This document shows positions 1 to 9,253 of a stretch of 64,000 nucleotides of DNA, piece after piece. This stretch comes from a virus. Its lineage: Duplodnaviria; Caudoviricetes. Made by a program: the position numbers and the translations under genes. The notes below the pieces were generated by a model that had not been told where the DNA came from, ran no database searches, and saw only the letters and a program-made list of their open reading frames with translations. Location: IMG/VR virus record IMGVR_UViG_3300033074_001674, positions 64,001-128,000 of that record, one strand, 5' to 3'. Positions within the stretch are counted from its first letter, which is position 1. Each line of letters begins with the position of its first letter.

Positions 1-11
1 TACATGTCATT

Positions 12-353
12 TTAATCAACCTCAATTGGAAATGAAGCAAACTTCTTAAAATCTGCATCAGCTATTCGCGCCAACACATCTCCATGACAAATTTGTGGCT
101 TACACCAACAGCCAAGCACCTTGCCCTTTAACTCAGTATGTATTCGCGCAAACAACTTCTTGCCTTCTTCTGAAGAAACTAGCCAGTAAAAATACCTATC
201 AACAGCCTCATCTCTGCTGCCAACTACAAATTCAGCTTTAGTACCTTTTTTATGAGAGAAAGGATTGCCCCACTTGGATGGACGGCCGATGTATACATCA
301 TATGGTTCTTTTTTACAATGAACTACGCGAGTTTTCAAGTGGTCGCCCCACAT
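12..353 (-). CDS. DUF4326 family protein
   Basis: Motifs VYIGRPSKWGNPF and LKGKVLGCWCKPQICHGDVL are typical of DUF4326. Confidence 0.85.
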   Translation of the reverse strand: MWGDHLKTRVVHCKKEPYDVYIGRPSKWGNPFSHKKGTKAEFVVGSRDEAVDRYFYWLVSSEEGKKLFARIHTELKGKVLGCWCKPQICHGDVLARIADADFKKFASFPIEVD

Positions 354-604
354 TTACAGCCGGGATATGTGCAATCGCCACCGTTCTTTAATTTGCAACA
401 CTCGCCATCTAGCTGAACATAGAAATATTCTAAAAATTTCTCTTCTGACCAATCAAATGTAAGCCAATTTACTGTGCAACCTCGTATACCTCCAACCCAA
501 ATAGCTATTTTTTCTTCAAATGGAAGCCAAGCAGTAATTTGGAATACATCATTCTTTTTAAATATATCCCAATCTTCTTTTATAATCGCTAGCCCATGAT
601 TCAT
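335..604 (-). CDS. hypothetical protein with Cys-rich C-terminus
   Basis: ORF coupled to its neighbours; CCxxxxxxCxxxxCxC tail. Confidence 0.6.
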   Translation of the reverse strand: MNHGLAIIKEDWDIFKKNDVFQITAWLPFEEKIAIWVGGIRGCTVNWLTFDWSEEKFLEYFYVQLDGECCKLKNGGDCTYPGCKCGATT

Positions 605-795
605 TAATCACACTCCCTATGTGGGACGCCTTTATCACACAAATCACATGAATTAGCCTTCTTTCTCTTCTTAAGAGATTGATTTTTATTATTATAGAGA
701 ATAGTCTTGCTTAATACCATTTTTACTATATTTTCTATTGTTTCTTGACATGCATTACAAGTACATGCTGAATGACGGTCGATGTTATGAAACAT
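604..795 (-). CDS. small putative zinc-binding protein
   Basis: CxCxxC and CxxC...H..C motifs; stop overlaps the next start. Confidence 0.55.
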   Translation of the reverse strand: MFHNIDRHSACTCNACQETIENIVKMVLSKTILYNNKNQSLKKRKKANSCDLCDKGVPHRECD

Positions 796-916
796 ATTTC
801 CTCTTAGCCTCTTCTAATTTGAATAACTTCCACTGATGATGTAGCTCCAAGTATTCTTTCATTTCCCTATCATATTGTTCATCTAGAAGATTTCCGCCAA
901 TTATTTTAAGCGCCAT
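785..916 (-). CDS. small hypothetical protein (43 aa, not in ORF track)
   Basis: Manual translation MALKIIGGNLLDEQYDREMKEYLELHHQWKLFKLEEAKRKYVS; fills a gap and overlaps the next start. Confidence 0.45.
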   Translation of the reverse strand: MALKIIGGNLLDEQYDREMKEYLELHHQWKLFKLEEAKRKYVS

Positions 917-1081
917 TAATATTCAACCCTAACTACTATATCTGGAAACTCAGTATTCATATCTAAAGGTCCGAAAAATATAGCTTCTTGATTATTTGAT
1001 AGAATATATCCGTATCCATCGCCGCATTCATTAGCATGCGCGGCAAATTATCTTTAATGATTTCGCTCATGACTATCTATA

Positions 1082-1393
1082 TCATCTCCTATCAATCTGT
1101 CTGTGCAAATCTTCATTTTCTAGTTGCAGAAATTCTATATGCTCATCAAGTTGTGCAATAGTTTTTTCTGATTGTTCTAGTTCTTGCTCTAAAGTTTCAA
1201 TTTGCGACTTGAGAGATTTGTTCTGTCTTTCTAACTCATCAATTCTTAAATCTTCTGGCAGCTTGACTGGAGGACCAATCGTCATAATTAATTCTCCAGA
1301 GGCACTTTTAACTCTAAAGGTTTTGCCAGACCCAATTAGGTCGGTGGGATTTTTACTGAATTCCTCACTAGTAACTTCCACTACATCATTCAT
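1082..1393 (-). CDS. hypothetical coiled-coil protein
   Basis: Heptad-rich C-terminal half; AGGGG SD-like sequence and promoter upstream. Confidence 0.7.
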   Translation of the reverse strand: MNDVVEVTSEEFSKNPTDLIGSGKTFRVKSASGELIMTIGPPVKLPEDLRIDELERQNKSLKSQIETLEQELEQSEKTIAQLDEHIEFLQLENEDLHRQIDRR

Positions 1394-1411
1394 TATCTTT
1401 TGCCCCTATAA

Positions 1412-1440
1412 ATTATAACTCATTCGTATTTAGCCTTCAA
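1412..1440 (-). promoter_or_regulatory. sigma70-type promoter
   Basis: Minus strand TTGAAG (1440-1435), 17-nt spacer, TATAAT (1417-1412), just upstream of gene 1082..1393. Confidence 0.65.
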
Positions 1441-1863
1441 CTTCTTTAGTTGAGCCTTTTCTAGTCTCTCAGCATTGGCCTTTTCTTCATCATCCCATTG
1501 TTTCTTTAGCTCATGCCATTCCTTAAGTCGAATCTCATGCTCTTGTTTTTCCTTAAGCCATTTATCCATATCCTTTAGATATGCATTCATTTCGCGCTTT
1601 AAGGTTAGTGGCTTCTTTTGTTTAACTTCTGTTTTGTACAAAACTATGTCTGAAGATGAAAAAGAATCATATGGGTCATACTGTTTTTCAATTTCAAGAA
1701 AATCAAAATCCACATCCATTAGGCTAGCTTTAGTTCTCCTATCAAAATCTGGAATTATGTCAACCTTATGATAAACTTCAAAAGTCGGAAGTGGTTTTTG
1801 GGGCTCTGGTCTTAAATATGGTTGGCTGTAATATGAAAACCACTTTGGATACTTTTTCTTCAT
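1420..1863 (-). CDS. hypothetical protein
   Basis: ORF track gives 1420..1941; ATG at 1863 (MKKKYPKW) is more likely because a separate small ORF ends at 1871. Confidence 0.6.
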   Translation of the reverse strand: MKKKYPKWFSYYSQPYLRPEPQKPLPTFEVYHKVDIIPDFDRRTKASLMDVDFDFLEIEKQYDPYDSFSSSDIVLYKTEVKQKKPLTLKREMNAYLKDMDKWLKEKQEHEIRLKEWHELKKQWDDEEKANAERLEKAQLKKLKAKYE

Positions 1864-1870
1864 ATTTATA

Positions 1871-2038
1871 TCATCTCTCCAAATTCCAATTTGTCTTATG
1901 CCATCCATCTCCAAATAACACATACTTGGTTTGTTTTGCACAAAATCTACAATATGAATAACAATATTGATAATCGTGCTCTCTTCTATATTCCTTCTTG
2001 TAAAGATGGAGGCCGATATAACAGAGGGGACTTATCAT
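1871..2038 (-). CDS. small Cys/His putative zinc-binding protein (55 aa, not in ORF track)
   Basis: Manual translation MISPLCYIGLHLYKKEYRREHDYQYCYSYCRFCAKQTKYVLFGDGWHKTNWNLER; CxxGxH...CxxC pattern common in small phage proteins. Confidence 0.55.
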   Translation of the reverse strand: MISPLCYIGLHLYKKEYRREHDYQYCYSYCRFCAKQTKYVLFGDGWHKTNWNLER

Positions 2039-2042
2039 ACCA

Positions 2043-3947
2043 TTACATCCTCATTCCTGGAAACACAGTTCTTTTATAGAGGTAATTATCCTTAACTATT
2101 GTATCAAATATCTTGCAGTCAAGACCTAAATCTTCCGCCAATTTCATAAGCGCTTTAGAATCCTTTGGAAGACAATTATGAACTGTAAATCCAACAGTAA
2201 CATAACTGTTATCCTCTTCTATTTCTAGGTTAAAGACTTTTCCAGTATATTGAAAAACTTGAACTGATTTAACTGGCGCGATAATACCTTCTCCAAAATT
2301 GAAGGAGGGCGAACGTTCTAGCTTAAGCTCTATATCCTTTTTAGGATAACCAGTTATCTCGCACAGTTTGTAATAGGTTGCCTTATCTCCTAGTTTAATA
2401 TAATAAGCTTTTCGATGATATACATCATCTCTGCCTCTTCTTGGTTGTGATATTTTGGTTGTGTGAGGAAGTCCTAACACATAAAACATTTGCTTAACAG
2501 CATAAAATAAATCTTCAGAAACAGTCGCCAATGTCATTGACCTGGGACCGAAATGACCATCTCCCATTAAATAACCTAAAAGGAATTTTGCAATAATATT
2601 TTTAGGAGATTGTAGTAATGTTGAACTTAATTTTTTAGCCCAAGAATATTTACCACAATGCTCAAACATAATTTTTTTAGCATCTGCGCTAGAAAATCTA
2701 ACTTGACAACCTAAGCCATCTTTGGCAGATAAGTGTGTTGTAACTCCAAATTGTTCTTTTGCAATTCTCTTAATTTCGTTCTGTAAGAATTCTTCCTTTA
2801 TATGCAATGCGAAAGATATTCTATTGCTTATCGCATTATCATCGTTTTCAATACTTCCTTCGGCGGCATACAACCCCAAAAGAAAAGCTATATCTTCATT
2901 AATTTCAGAATCAATATTCAAAGTTTTAAATGTTGGAACAAATACATAATCTCCCTTGTTGATATTTGAAGCATTTGTCCAATTTAAAGCTATTTTATCT
3001 ATTTTAGCATTCTGAAATTTAAGTTTACCATTTGTCGTGCTATAAAATCTATTTGTAGATTGCGAATAAACTGGATGCTCGCCAGTTAAATAAATTTCAT
3101 CCCCACCTTGGGGTTTAATACCATAAACCCGCTCATTTTTAACTGTTCTTACTAAAACATCAGTTACTTTTCGTAGTGCTCCGGTATGGCTGTAAACCTC
3201 ATCTCCAATATTAATTTGGTCAATTCTCTTAACCCCATCTTTAGTATAAATTAGAGTCTCTGGAACCAAACAGTACCCGGCATATCCTCTAAATGATTCA
3301 TTGACATCCAAATAACAATCCACATGAGCTGGCTGTTTAACTACAGCATTCTTTATCTTTGTATAGTTGGCTCCTAACTTCTTACATATTTCATAGAATC
3401 CATTGGCGTAAACAACTCTCATGGCATTGAATACATTATGAAAATATTTTGCCAATTCTGATTCTGTTGGAGTCAACCTGATTATATTCTTTGGATAATT
3501 GCCGTGCGCTTTTACTATTAGGTCAAAAGCGACATCCGAGTGTGTCCCTATTACAAGAATATGGTGCCCTTCGACAAAGTCGTGAAACGAGTGTCTCTCT
3601 CTAAGCCATTCTGGACAATGTGAAATTGACGCAAAAGGATTAACGCTTTCATCTATTAGAGATTGCGTAAAACCAGGGGTCGTAGTACTTTTTATTACTA
3701 TATGACCTTTATAACCCAACTTTTCTAAATCTTTAACGCATTGACAAACAATTGACGTGTCACATTCTCCATCATTTTTTGATGGGGTAGGAACACATAT
3801 AAAAATTAACGAAGCTGGCAACAGGTTATCTATTCTTGACCCTTCAATGACTATATCGTGCTCGAGAATTTCATGGCCCAATTTTGAGAAGCCGTATTTA
3901 AGAGCCTCACCTAATATACCTCGACTTCCACAGATGCCTATTTTCAT
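2043..3947 (-). CDS. ugd: UDP-glucose/GDP-mannose dehydrogenase family protein, intein-containing
   Basis: Rossmann start, CVPTP, IKSTTTPG, PEWLRE, ELAKYFHN; catalytic GYAGY/CLPKD is restored after intein removal (268-aa extein). Confidence 0.9.
   Translation of the reverse strand: MKIGICGSRGILGEALKYGFSKLGHEILEHDIVIEGSRIDNLLPASLIFICVPTPSKNDGECDTSIVCQCVKDLEKLGYKGHIVIKSTTTPGFTQSLIDESVNPFASISHCPEWLRERHSFHDFVEGHHILVIGTHSDVAFDLIVKAHGNYPKNIIRLTPTESELAKYFHNVFNAMRVVYANGFYEICKKLGANYTKIKNAVVKQPAHVDCYLDVNESFRGYAGYCLVPETLIYTKDGVKRIDQINIGDEVYSHTGALRKVTDVLVRTVKNERVYGIKPQGGDEIYLTGEHPVYSQSTNRFYSTTNGKLKFQNAKIDKIALNWTNASNINKGDYVFVPTFKTLNIDSEINEDIAFLLGLYAAEGSIENDDNAISNRISFALHIKEEFLQNEIKRIAKEQFGVTTHLSAKDGLGCQVRFSSADAKKIMFEHCGKYSWAKKLSSTLLQSPKNIIAKFLLGYLMGDGHFGPRSMTLATVSEDLFYAVKQMFYVLGLPHTTKISQPRRGRDDVYHRKAYYIKLGDKATYYKLCEITGYPKKDIELKLERSPSFNFGEGIIAPVKSVQVFQYTGKVFNLEIEEDNSYVTVGFTVHNCLPKDSKALMKLAEDLGLDCKIFDTIVKDNYLYKRTVFPGMRM
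2175..3272 (-). mobile_element. intein with LAGLIDADG homing endonuclease (366 aa) in Ugd
   Basis: Starts CLVPETLIYT, block B LTGEHPV, LAGLIDADG blocks FLLGLYAAEG and FLLGYLMGDG, ends VFNLEIEEDNSYVTVGFTVHN before Cys. Confidence 0.93.
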
Positions 3948-4462
3948 TGCAGAACTCCCTTAATGATGCTCAAAAGATTGCCAGCGGCATATTCATCACC
4001 ACTAATGTTGAAATAATAAACACCGAATACTTCCAACACATGTTTCATTCCAGAATCAACCTCTAGAGCCTCTTTTTCTGTTTGAAGCCTGCCAACTTCT
4101 TGATATTTCTTGGTTCTATTTATCCATACATTTAAGTTATTCATTTCGTTGTGAACATCCACAACCAGTCTCTTGAAAGAATCCGGCATATGAGAGCCGT
4201 AATAAACGCCCAGCAAAATCGGCGCGTCTGTCACTATAACATCCACTTTATTTAGCAATCTATGCATTCTATGGTATTGTTTACCAAAAATATAAATTTG
4301 GTCAGATAAACAATCTAGGTGATTATCCCAAACGCGGTCTTTTGCATATTCTCCGACAAGCTCGCAATTTATTCCTTCCTGTTTTAGAAGGGCGAAGGTG
4401 TGTGCGGCAGTCGTGCTTTTCCCCGCACCTGGTCCGGCAAATAGATTAACTACTAATGTCAT
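3944..4462 (-). CDS. P-loop NTPase/nucleotide kinase (NadR-like AAA_28 family)
   Basis: Walker A GPGAGKST, EYAKD, VIVTDAP, GRLQ motifs. Confidence 0.75.
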   Translation of the reverse strand: MTLVVNLFAGPGAGKSTTAAHTFALLKQEGINCELVGEYAKDRVWDNHLDCLSDQIYIFGKQYHRMHRLLNKVDVIVTDAPILLGVYYGSHMPDSFKRLVVDVHNEMNNLNVWINRTKKYQEVGRLQTEKEALEVDSGMKHVLEVFGVYYFNISGDEYAAGNLLSIIKGVLQ

Positions 4463-4785
4463 ATCATGTCCTTCATATATTTATCTGTTACATCTTTACA
4501 GAGAGAAGTTCTACAGTGACAGGACATAGGACATTCACATATGTCTACATTACGGAGGAGATGACCACAAATTCTAATTTGTCCTGCTCCAAAATCTACA
4601 GGGATGCTACAATACCATTCGAGAGGTTTATGTCCTATCGTGCATGGACACTTGCTTACAAATGGAGAGACTCCGCCGCCACAGGCGGGACACAGCCAGC
4701 CATAAAGAACTGGTTTAACGTATAAGTGGCATTCTGGAAAATGGTCTCCACAATATGCAGAACTTTCTTGGCATTTACATTTCAT
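4459..4785 (-). CDS. Cys-rich hypothetical protein
   Basis: GWLCPACG..SPFVSKCPC zinc-ribbon motif plus further Cys clusters. Confidence 0.6.
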   Translation of the reverse strand: MKCKCQESSAYCGDHFPECHLYVKPVLYGWLCPACGGGVSPFVSKCPCTIGHKPLEWYCSIPVDFGAGQIRICGHLLRNVDICECPMSCHCRTSLCKDVTDKYMKDMI

Positions 4786-4985
4786 TTTTGGCCATCCAGT
4801 TCTTGGATTTCTCTTCTTAGCAATTCCATCTTTTTCTGATTTTCAACCCATTCAACATTATCTACAAGTGCATTTGTCCAAAAATTATTTACATATTTCT
4901 CAGTAATACTTCCAACAAGTACCGCGCCGATTATAGCTCCTGCCATAAATACGCATATGTCTAAAAACATACTATCGCTACGCAT
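4782..4985 (-). CDS. small membrane protein
   Basis: Likely start at ATG 4985, overlapping the upstream stop; one hydrophobic segment. Confidence 0.55.
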   Translation of the reverse strand: MRSDSMFLDICVFMAGAIIGAVLVGSITEKYVNNFWTNALVDNVEWVENQKKMELLRREIQELDGQK

Positions 4986-5472
4986 ATTGATTCTTCCATT
5001 CTTCTTTCCAAATATTGTATACTTGGATACCTTTTTCGTGCGCGTATTCAACACACGATGCAGTTCCTCCTTCTTTATCCCCGTTCCAGCAACATACAAG
5101 GGCTACCGAATTATTTACCATATATTTATTGCGGTAATGAAATTTCCAATTTGCGAATCCTCCCTCCGTCATAATATTTACTTTGACTAGAGGATTATTG
5201 AGCATGTCTATATATCTAGCCTGTGCCTTTTGGCTCCACTTAGATTCTTGACCTTCATAGGGAATACATGCCTCTATTGGGATTCCGCGAAGCAACGCGA
5301 CTTTTGCTGCAATCTGGTCAAATCCTAATGCCATCCCGTTCAAGATTTTAGTGGGCTTTAGCTCATCAAACGCATCTGCAACCTCTGTCATAATTTCCCA
5401 TGACATCGGGCCATCCATATCCCATTCCTTATTGAGACGATTTGGGCGATGGCCAGTTAGTGCCAATATCAT
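4978..5472 (-). CDS. SLOG/YspA-like (DUF1273) nucleotide-binding protein
   Basis: ALTGHRP, GMALGFDQ, RNKYMV, GGTASCV motifs. Confidence 0.85.
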   Translation of the reverse strand: MILALTGHRPNRLNKEWDMDGPMSWEIMTEVADAFDELKPTKILNGMALGFDQIAAKVALLRGIPIEACIPYEGQESKWSQKAQARYIDMLNNPLVKVNIMTEGGFANWKFHYRNKYMVNNSVALVCCWNGDKEGGTASCVEYAHEKGIQVYNIWKEEWKNQYA

Positions 5473-5690
5473 TAGCTGCCGCTCCCTGGCTCAACATAAT
5501 CCTGAGCATCTCTAATATGGATTAGAGCACTATCAATTGCATTGACTATATCATTGTAGTCGGGGTCCGCTAAATCATTATCAATATCCACCAATTCTGA
5601 TGAATATAGAATGTCCCAGGCATCTGTTAATTTAGAACGAACCTCTTTAAGCAACTTGGATACTTTTTTGTACTTATTTTTCTTTGTCAT
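5472..5690 (-). CDS. hypothetical protein
   Basis: ORF coupled to its neighbours. Confidence 0.6.
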   Translation of the reverse strand: MTKKNKYKKVSKLLKEVRSKLTDAWDILYSSELVDIDNDLADPDYNDIVNAIDSALIHIRDAQDYVEPGSGS

Positions 5691-6077
5691 TTAGATTCTC
5701 CCTTCTACTAATATCTTTCCAGGAACTCCCATATCAAAGCCATGTGAATAATAGCCATTATGGCTGTTGTAGAGAGTTAGGAATAGTTCCTTGTCGCCAT
5801 TTGTCAATCTAAATACAGCCGCGCCACCCCCGTCGAATAGGCTTGTATCTTCCAATTCCTTAAAGTATTCCTTATCAAATACGTAGGATTCTAAATCTTC
5901 TGGAGCATTTATATTTGGATGCTCTCCACCGCAAAATTCATAATTGCTGAAATTTGGAAATGTCTGACTATAAAAGTATCCAAAATTCTCACAACAACTT
6001 CCTTGATTGTCGAATCCGACCAATACATCATTATTATCAATGAAATTGATTTTATAACCAGATGTAAATTCTCTCAT
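5691..6077 (-). CDS. conserved phage hypothetical protein
   Basis: Q.SCCE and YNSHNGYYSH motifs seen in a common phage family. Confidence 0.65.
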   Translation of the reverse strand: MREFTSGYKINFIDNNDVLVGFDNQGSCCENFGYFYSQTFPNFSNYEFCGGEHPNINAPEDLESYVFDKEYFKELEDTSLFDGGGAAVFRLTNGDKELFLTLYNSHNGYYSHGFDMGVPGKILVEGRI

Positions 6078-6080
6078 ATG

Positions 6081-6299
6081 TCAACTCACACACGCTATAG
6101 TAATTAGGGATGTTTGAATTATACAGTAGAGAATAAAGAGTATCCAAGTAAAAACTACGCAGACATCTCTTGTTTCCCTATCTACACTTTCTGCACTGCA
6201 ATACAATAACCATCCCCAAAACGCCATTACAAGCGCGCCAAAGAAAAATGCCGCGCTTAATGCTCCGGCACTAAAACCTTTAATTGCTTCTACTTCCAT
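6081..6299 (-). CDS. two-TM membrane protein
   Basis: Two hydrophobic segments. Confidence 0.6.
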   Translation of the reverse strand: MEVEAIKGFSAGALSAAFFFGALVMAFWGWLLYCSAESVDRETRDVCVVFTWILFILYCIIQTSLITIACVS

Positions 6300-6306
6300 T
6301 CGTTAC

Positions 6307-6705
6307 CTACTTTGGCCAATAATAAGGTATTAAAGAGCATACATCCCAATTATATTTCCCGTAGTATATTGGGTCTTTTCTTAAAAGATTTCCTCTATGA
6401 GATTCATGAATTGCACCACCAATCCAATCCGGCATCACAATTTCTTCATCTATAAATGCCAGCTTCATATTGTTTTTATATCCTCGCTTCATCCATTCTA
6501 ATATGCATACATTCATATAGTGTGAAAGAGCCGCTCTGTGGCCTCTCCACATTCGAGCCGCAGGATGATTTCTCCATCCCCTTTTATAGTCTGGCTGGAT
6601 TGCATTTAAAAGCTGTTTTGCCTCTAAGCGCTGCTTGCCCAACCTTCTATAATCAAGGCATGCCGCTGATTCTTCAGAAGAAATATATGGTAAGAAAGTT
6701 TGCAT
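6307..6705 (-). CDS. pyrimidine dimer DNA glycosylase/endonuclease V-like (MSMEG_6728 family)
   Basis: MQTFLPY, LDYRRLGKQRLEAKQ, GWRNHPAARMW, SHRGNLLRKDP.YY. Confidence 0.85.
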   Translation of the reverse strand: MQTFLPYISSEESAACLDYRRLGKQRLEAKQLLNAIQPDYKRGWRNHPAARMWRGHRAALSHYMNVCILEWMKRGYKNNMKLAFIDEEIVMPDWIGGAIHESHRGNLLRKDPIYYGKYNWDVCSLIPYYWPK

Positions 6706-7577
6706 TAGTCTAATCCGTATTTAGCTAATCTTTCATGAGCAACATTAATCCAGGGGATTCCATCTTCTCTATCAAATAAATCCCCACCTACAAATTTACG
6801 CCCATTCTTAATTGCTGCCACAAGACTTGTTCCACTTCCCAGAAATGGGTCAACAACCAATCCGCCATGCGGAGCGAAACATTTTACAGCATCTTCTGCC
6901 AATCTGAGCGCAAACACAGCTCCATGTTTGGTAGCGCTCGCATGAGGACAATCATGACCAAAACCAACAGTTCCATAATCCCAAACAGTTCCTCTGTGTC
7001 TTAAATTTTTCTCTGTCATAGGACCAGATGCAGGTCTATTGAAGAATGTTCCATCAGTTTTTCGGACAGCTACATTCTTTCCTATTTTAGTGTATTTGGC
7101 TGGCTCGGCCAATTCTTCCTTATTAAAATAGGGATAAATTCCTTTTTGTGGTGGTTTTTGCGCCCAAATTACAATTTCTGTGTCACACCGCCAGCGACCG
7201 CCGTATGCCCCAGGCGCCCCCCTTCTTTTATAGTAAAGAATATCTGGAATGCGCAATTCAACTCTTTTTGCCCAATCTAAAATAACTTCTTGAATATAAA
7301 GCCCGCGCTCTGTCCCAAATCCCTTTCTCCAATTTCTAACTGGCGCCCCTATTACGACAAAAGCGTTGCCATCTGGAGCTAGCGCCAGTTTGATATAATC
7401 GCCAAGTTCTTGATAGTCTTTAAAAGTCCAAGATACTTCATTCCCATATGTTCTAGCATCTGCGTATGGCGGGCTAGTAAGAACTAGCTGTGCTAGCCCT
7501 TCGACTCTAGCTAAATTATCTTGATAAGATTCTTTAAATAAAGAATATCTATAATCACCAGATATGATTTCTGTCAT
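6705..7577 (-). CDS. beta-class DNA methyltransferase (probably N4-cytosine)
   Basis: Catalytic TSPPY precedes SAM-binding DPFLGSGT. Confidence 0.85.
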   Translation of the reverse strand: MTEIISGDYRYSLFKESYQDNLARVEGLAQLVLTSPPYADARTYGNEVSWTFKDYQELGDYIKLALAPDGNAFVVIGAPVRNWRKGFGTERGLYIQEVILDWAKRVELRIPDILYYKRRGAPGAYGGRWRCDTEIVIWAQKPPQKGIYPYFNKEELAEPAKYTKIGKNVAVRKTDGTFFNRPASGPMTEKNLRHRGTVWDYGTVGFGHDCPHASATKHGAVFALRLAEDAVKCFAPHGGLVVDPFLGSGTSLVAAIKNGRKFVGGDLFDREDGIPWINVAHERLAKYGLD

Positions 7578-8296
7578 ATTAAACCTTTATTGAAATTGAA
7601 ATTATAAACTCTTTTAATCCAAGTTAAAAACTTGGACTTAGTCATGCGTCTTTTTGCATAATTACAATCGCCACAACATGAAACACAATTATTTATTTCA
7701 TAGCCAATATTATTATCAACTCTATCTATGCCGTTGGCAATAAGATAAACACCCGATGGTTTGCGCGATTTTTTAATCGTAGGCTCAATGCCACAATAAG
7801 CACAATTATTCATTATTAGTAATTCAAATTGTTCCATACTTAGGGAGAACATCAATTTTCGTTTTTCTGCACCTTTAATATAACTATCGTAGTGTTGTCT
7901 AAGCAAAGATTCATGTGAAGTTTTCTCATAATTAGTACATCCACAACTTTTAATATTGCCTCTTTGTAAGGCGCTAACTGGATGATAAACAATATTCCCA
8001 CAATCACATTTGAACTCATATACAGTTCTATTATTAGAGCCTTCTTTTCTCATTAAAGTTTGATTGCCTGTATATCTTAATTTACCAAAACTAACATTGT
8101 TTTCTATTGAATGTTTAATTCTTCTACAACCACAATTAGTTGATAACTTATTATTCAAATTCTTCCCTGAAACAAGTTTTGTTGTTCCACATTCACAAGT
8201 ACATTCCCAATAAATCCTATTATTTTTAATCTGATATTTATCGCTTACCATCCATGCTTCAATTTTTTTATTACTTAAATCTATAAATCTTGGCAT
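7574..8296 (-). CDS. free-standing HNH homing endonuclease
   Basis: Two CxCG...SCGC DNA-binding repeats plus CAYCG...GIDRVDNNIGY...NCVSCCGDCNYAK; AT-rich. Confidence 0.8.
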   Translation of the reverse strand: MPRFIDLSNKKIEAWMVSDKYQIKNNRIYWECTCECGTTKLVSGKNLNNKLSTNCGCRRIKHSIENNVSFGKLRYTGNQTLMRKEGSNNRTVYEFKCDCGNIVYHPVSALQRGNIKSCGCTNYEKTSHESLLRQHYDSYIKGAEKRKLMFSLSMEQFELLIMNNCAYCGIEPTIKKSRKPSGVYLIANGIDRVDNNIGYEINNCVSCCGDCNYAKRRMTKSKFLTWIKRVYNFNFNKGLI

Positions 8297-8300
8297 TTGC

Positions 8301-9086
8301 CTAAGCCCCGCTCCTGCTTAAATGATAAGTTGTACTGCTGCCACAAATTCTGATTGGTATGCCGGCATTTCTATATCTCATCATTAAAGTTATATCGCCG
8401 GTCCCATACTCCATACGCGGAAGCATTGGGCCAAACTTCCTGTACAATTCTTTACTTTGAAGCCATGAGCAACCATCGGCCGAACCATTCATTGGACATC
8501 CGGGGATATCTTTAGGCGCACTCCAATATTTATTAGCCTTTTCGAAATCACAAATATCCGCCACTTCATTTTTGTTGCACCACGCCTGAAATTCATCCTC
8601 CTTAAACGTATCCCACGAATGTCCAAATGGCTCTAATATATGCCTAGATAGAGGCACGTTCTCTTTTGATTCTATGCAATTGTGAAATAATACCAAATCT
8701 TTCGTTGCCCAATGAACATCATCCCAACATTCTAGCATATTCTTGAATGCGCCTTGACCAAAGGCTTGGTCAGAGCCTGCCCTCATATTAAGCGGCGAAC
8801 TTCCTATTGTTTGGCACCTGTCCCAGCAACGATAAAGATTATGAAGGAATGTTTCATAATCATCGCCTTCTACTTCATAATACATCTCTGTTTTAATTTG
8901 ATTATCGGCAGCTATCTTGAGTATTGCATTAGTTATCTCATCTGAGATTTTACTATTCTTATAGATAATCGTATAAAACTCCCACATTGAGCGGTCTAAA
9001 CCGGCATTTCTTAGAACATTATCAACATGCGCGGCATATCTATCTGGATGCTTACCAGCAACTGTACAGTAATCAAATCTAATCAT
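8301..9086 (-). CDS. putative glycosyltransferase (divergent GT-A fold)
   Basis: GSD at the DxD position, late GD motif and terminal TYH; similar to gene 10489..11226 (ES..V.L...I...FG....F....F). Confidence 0.5.
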   Translation of the reverse strand: MIRFDYCTVAGKHPDRYAAHVDNVLRNAGLDRSMWEFYTIIYKNSKISDEITNAILKIAADNQIKTEMYYEVEGDDYETFLHNLYRCWDRCQTIGSSPLNMRAGSDQAFGQGAFKNMLECWDDVHWATKDLVLFHNCIESKENVPLSRHILEPFGHSWDTFKEDEFQAWCNKNEVADICDFEKANKYWSAPKDIPGCPMNGSADGCSWLQSKELYRKFGPMLPRMEYGTGDITLMMRYRNAGIPIRICGSSTTYHLSRSGA

Positions 9087-9253
9087 AACATCACCGCATC
9101 AAGCGATACAACAATCTTATCATCCCTAATAAATAATCTATCTTCTTTCATAGCATCATCATATAATTTAGCAACCCCAAGAGCTTCAATGGCAGGCAGT
9201 TCTACCACCTCTCTAGTTCCATCCGAATAATCAAATATCACATCAATGGTCAT
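9083..9253 (-). CDS. small hypothetical protein
   Basis: Likely start at ATG 9253, overlapping the upstream stop. Confidence 0.5.
   Translation of the reverse strand: MTIDVIFDYSDGTREVVELPAIEALGVAKLYDDAMKEDRLFIRDDKIVVSLDAVML

Noticed and set aside
916-1070. Possible frameshifted small gene (MSEIIKDNL... versus ...FGPLDMNTEFPDIVVRVEY)
   Set aside because: Two short overlapping frames with no motif; cannot distinguish tiny genes from a decayed gene
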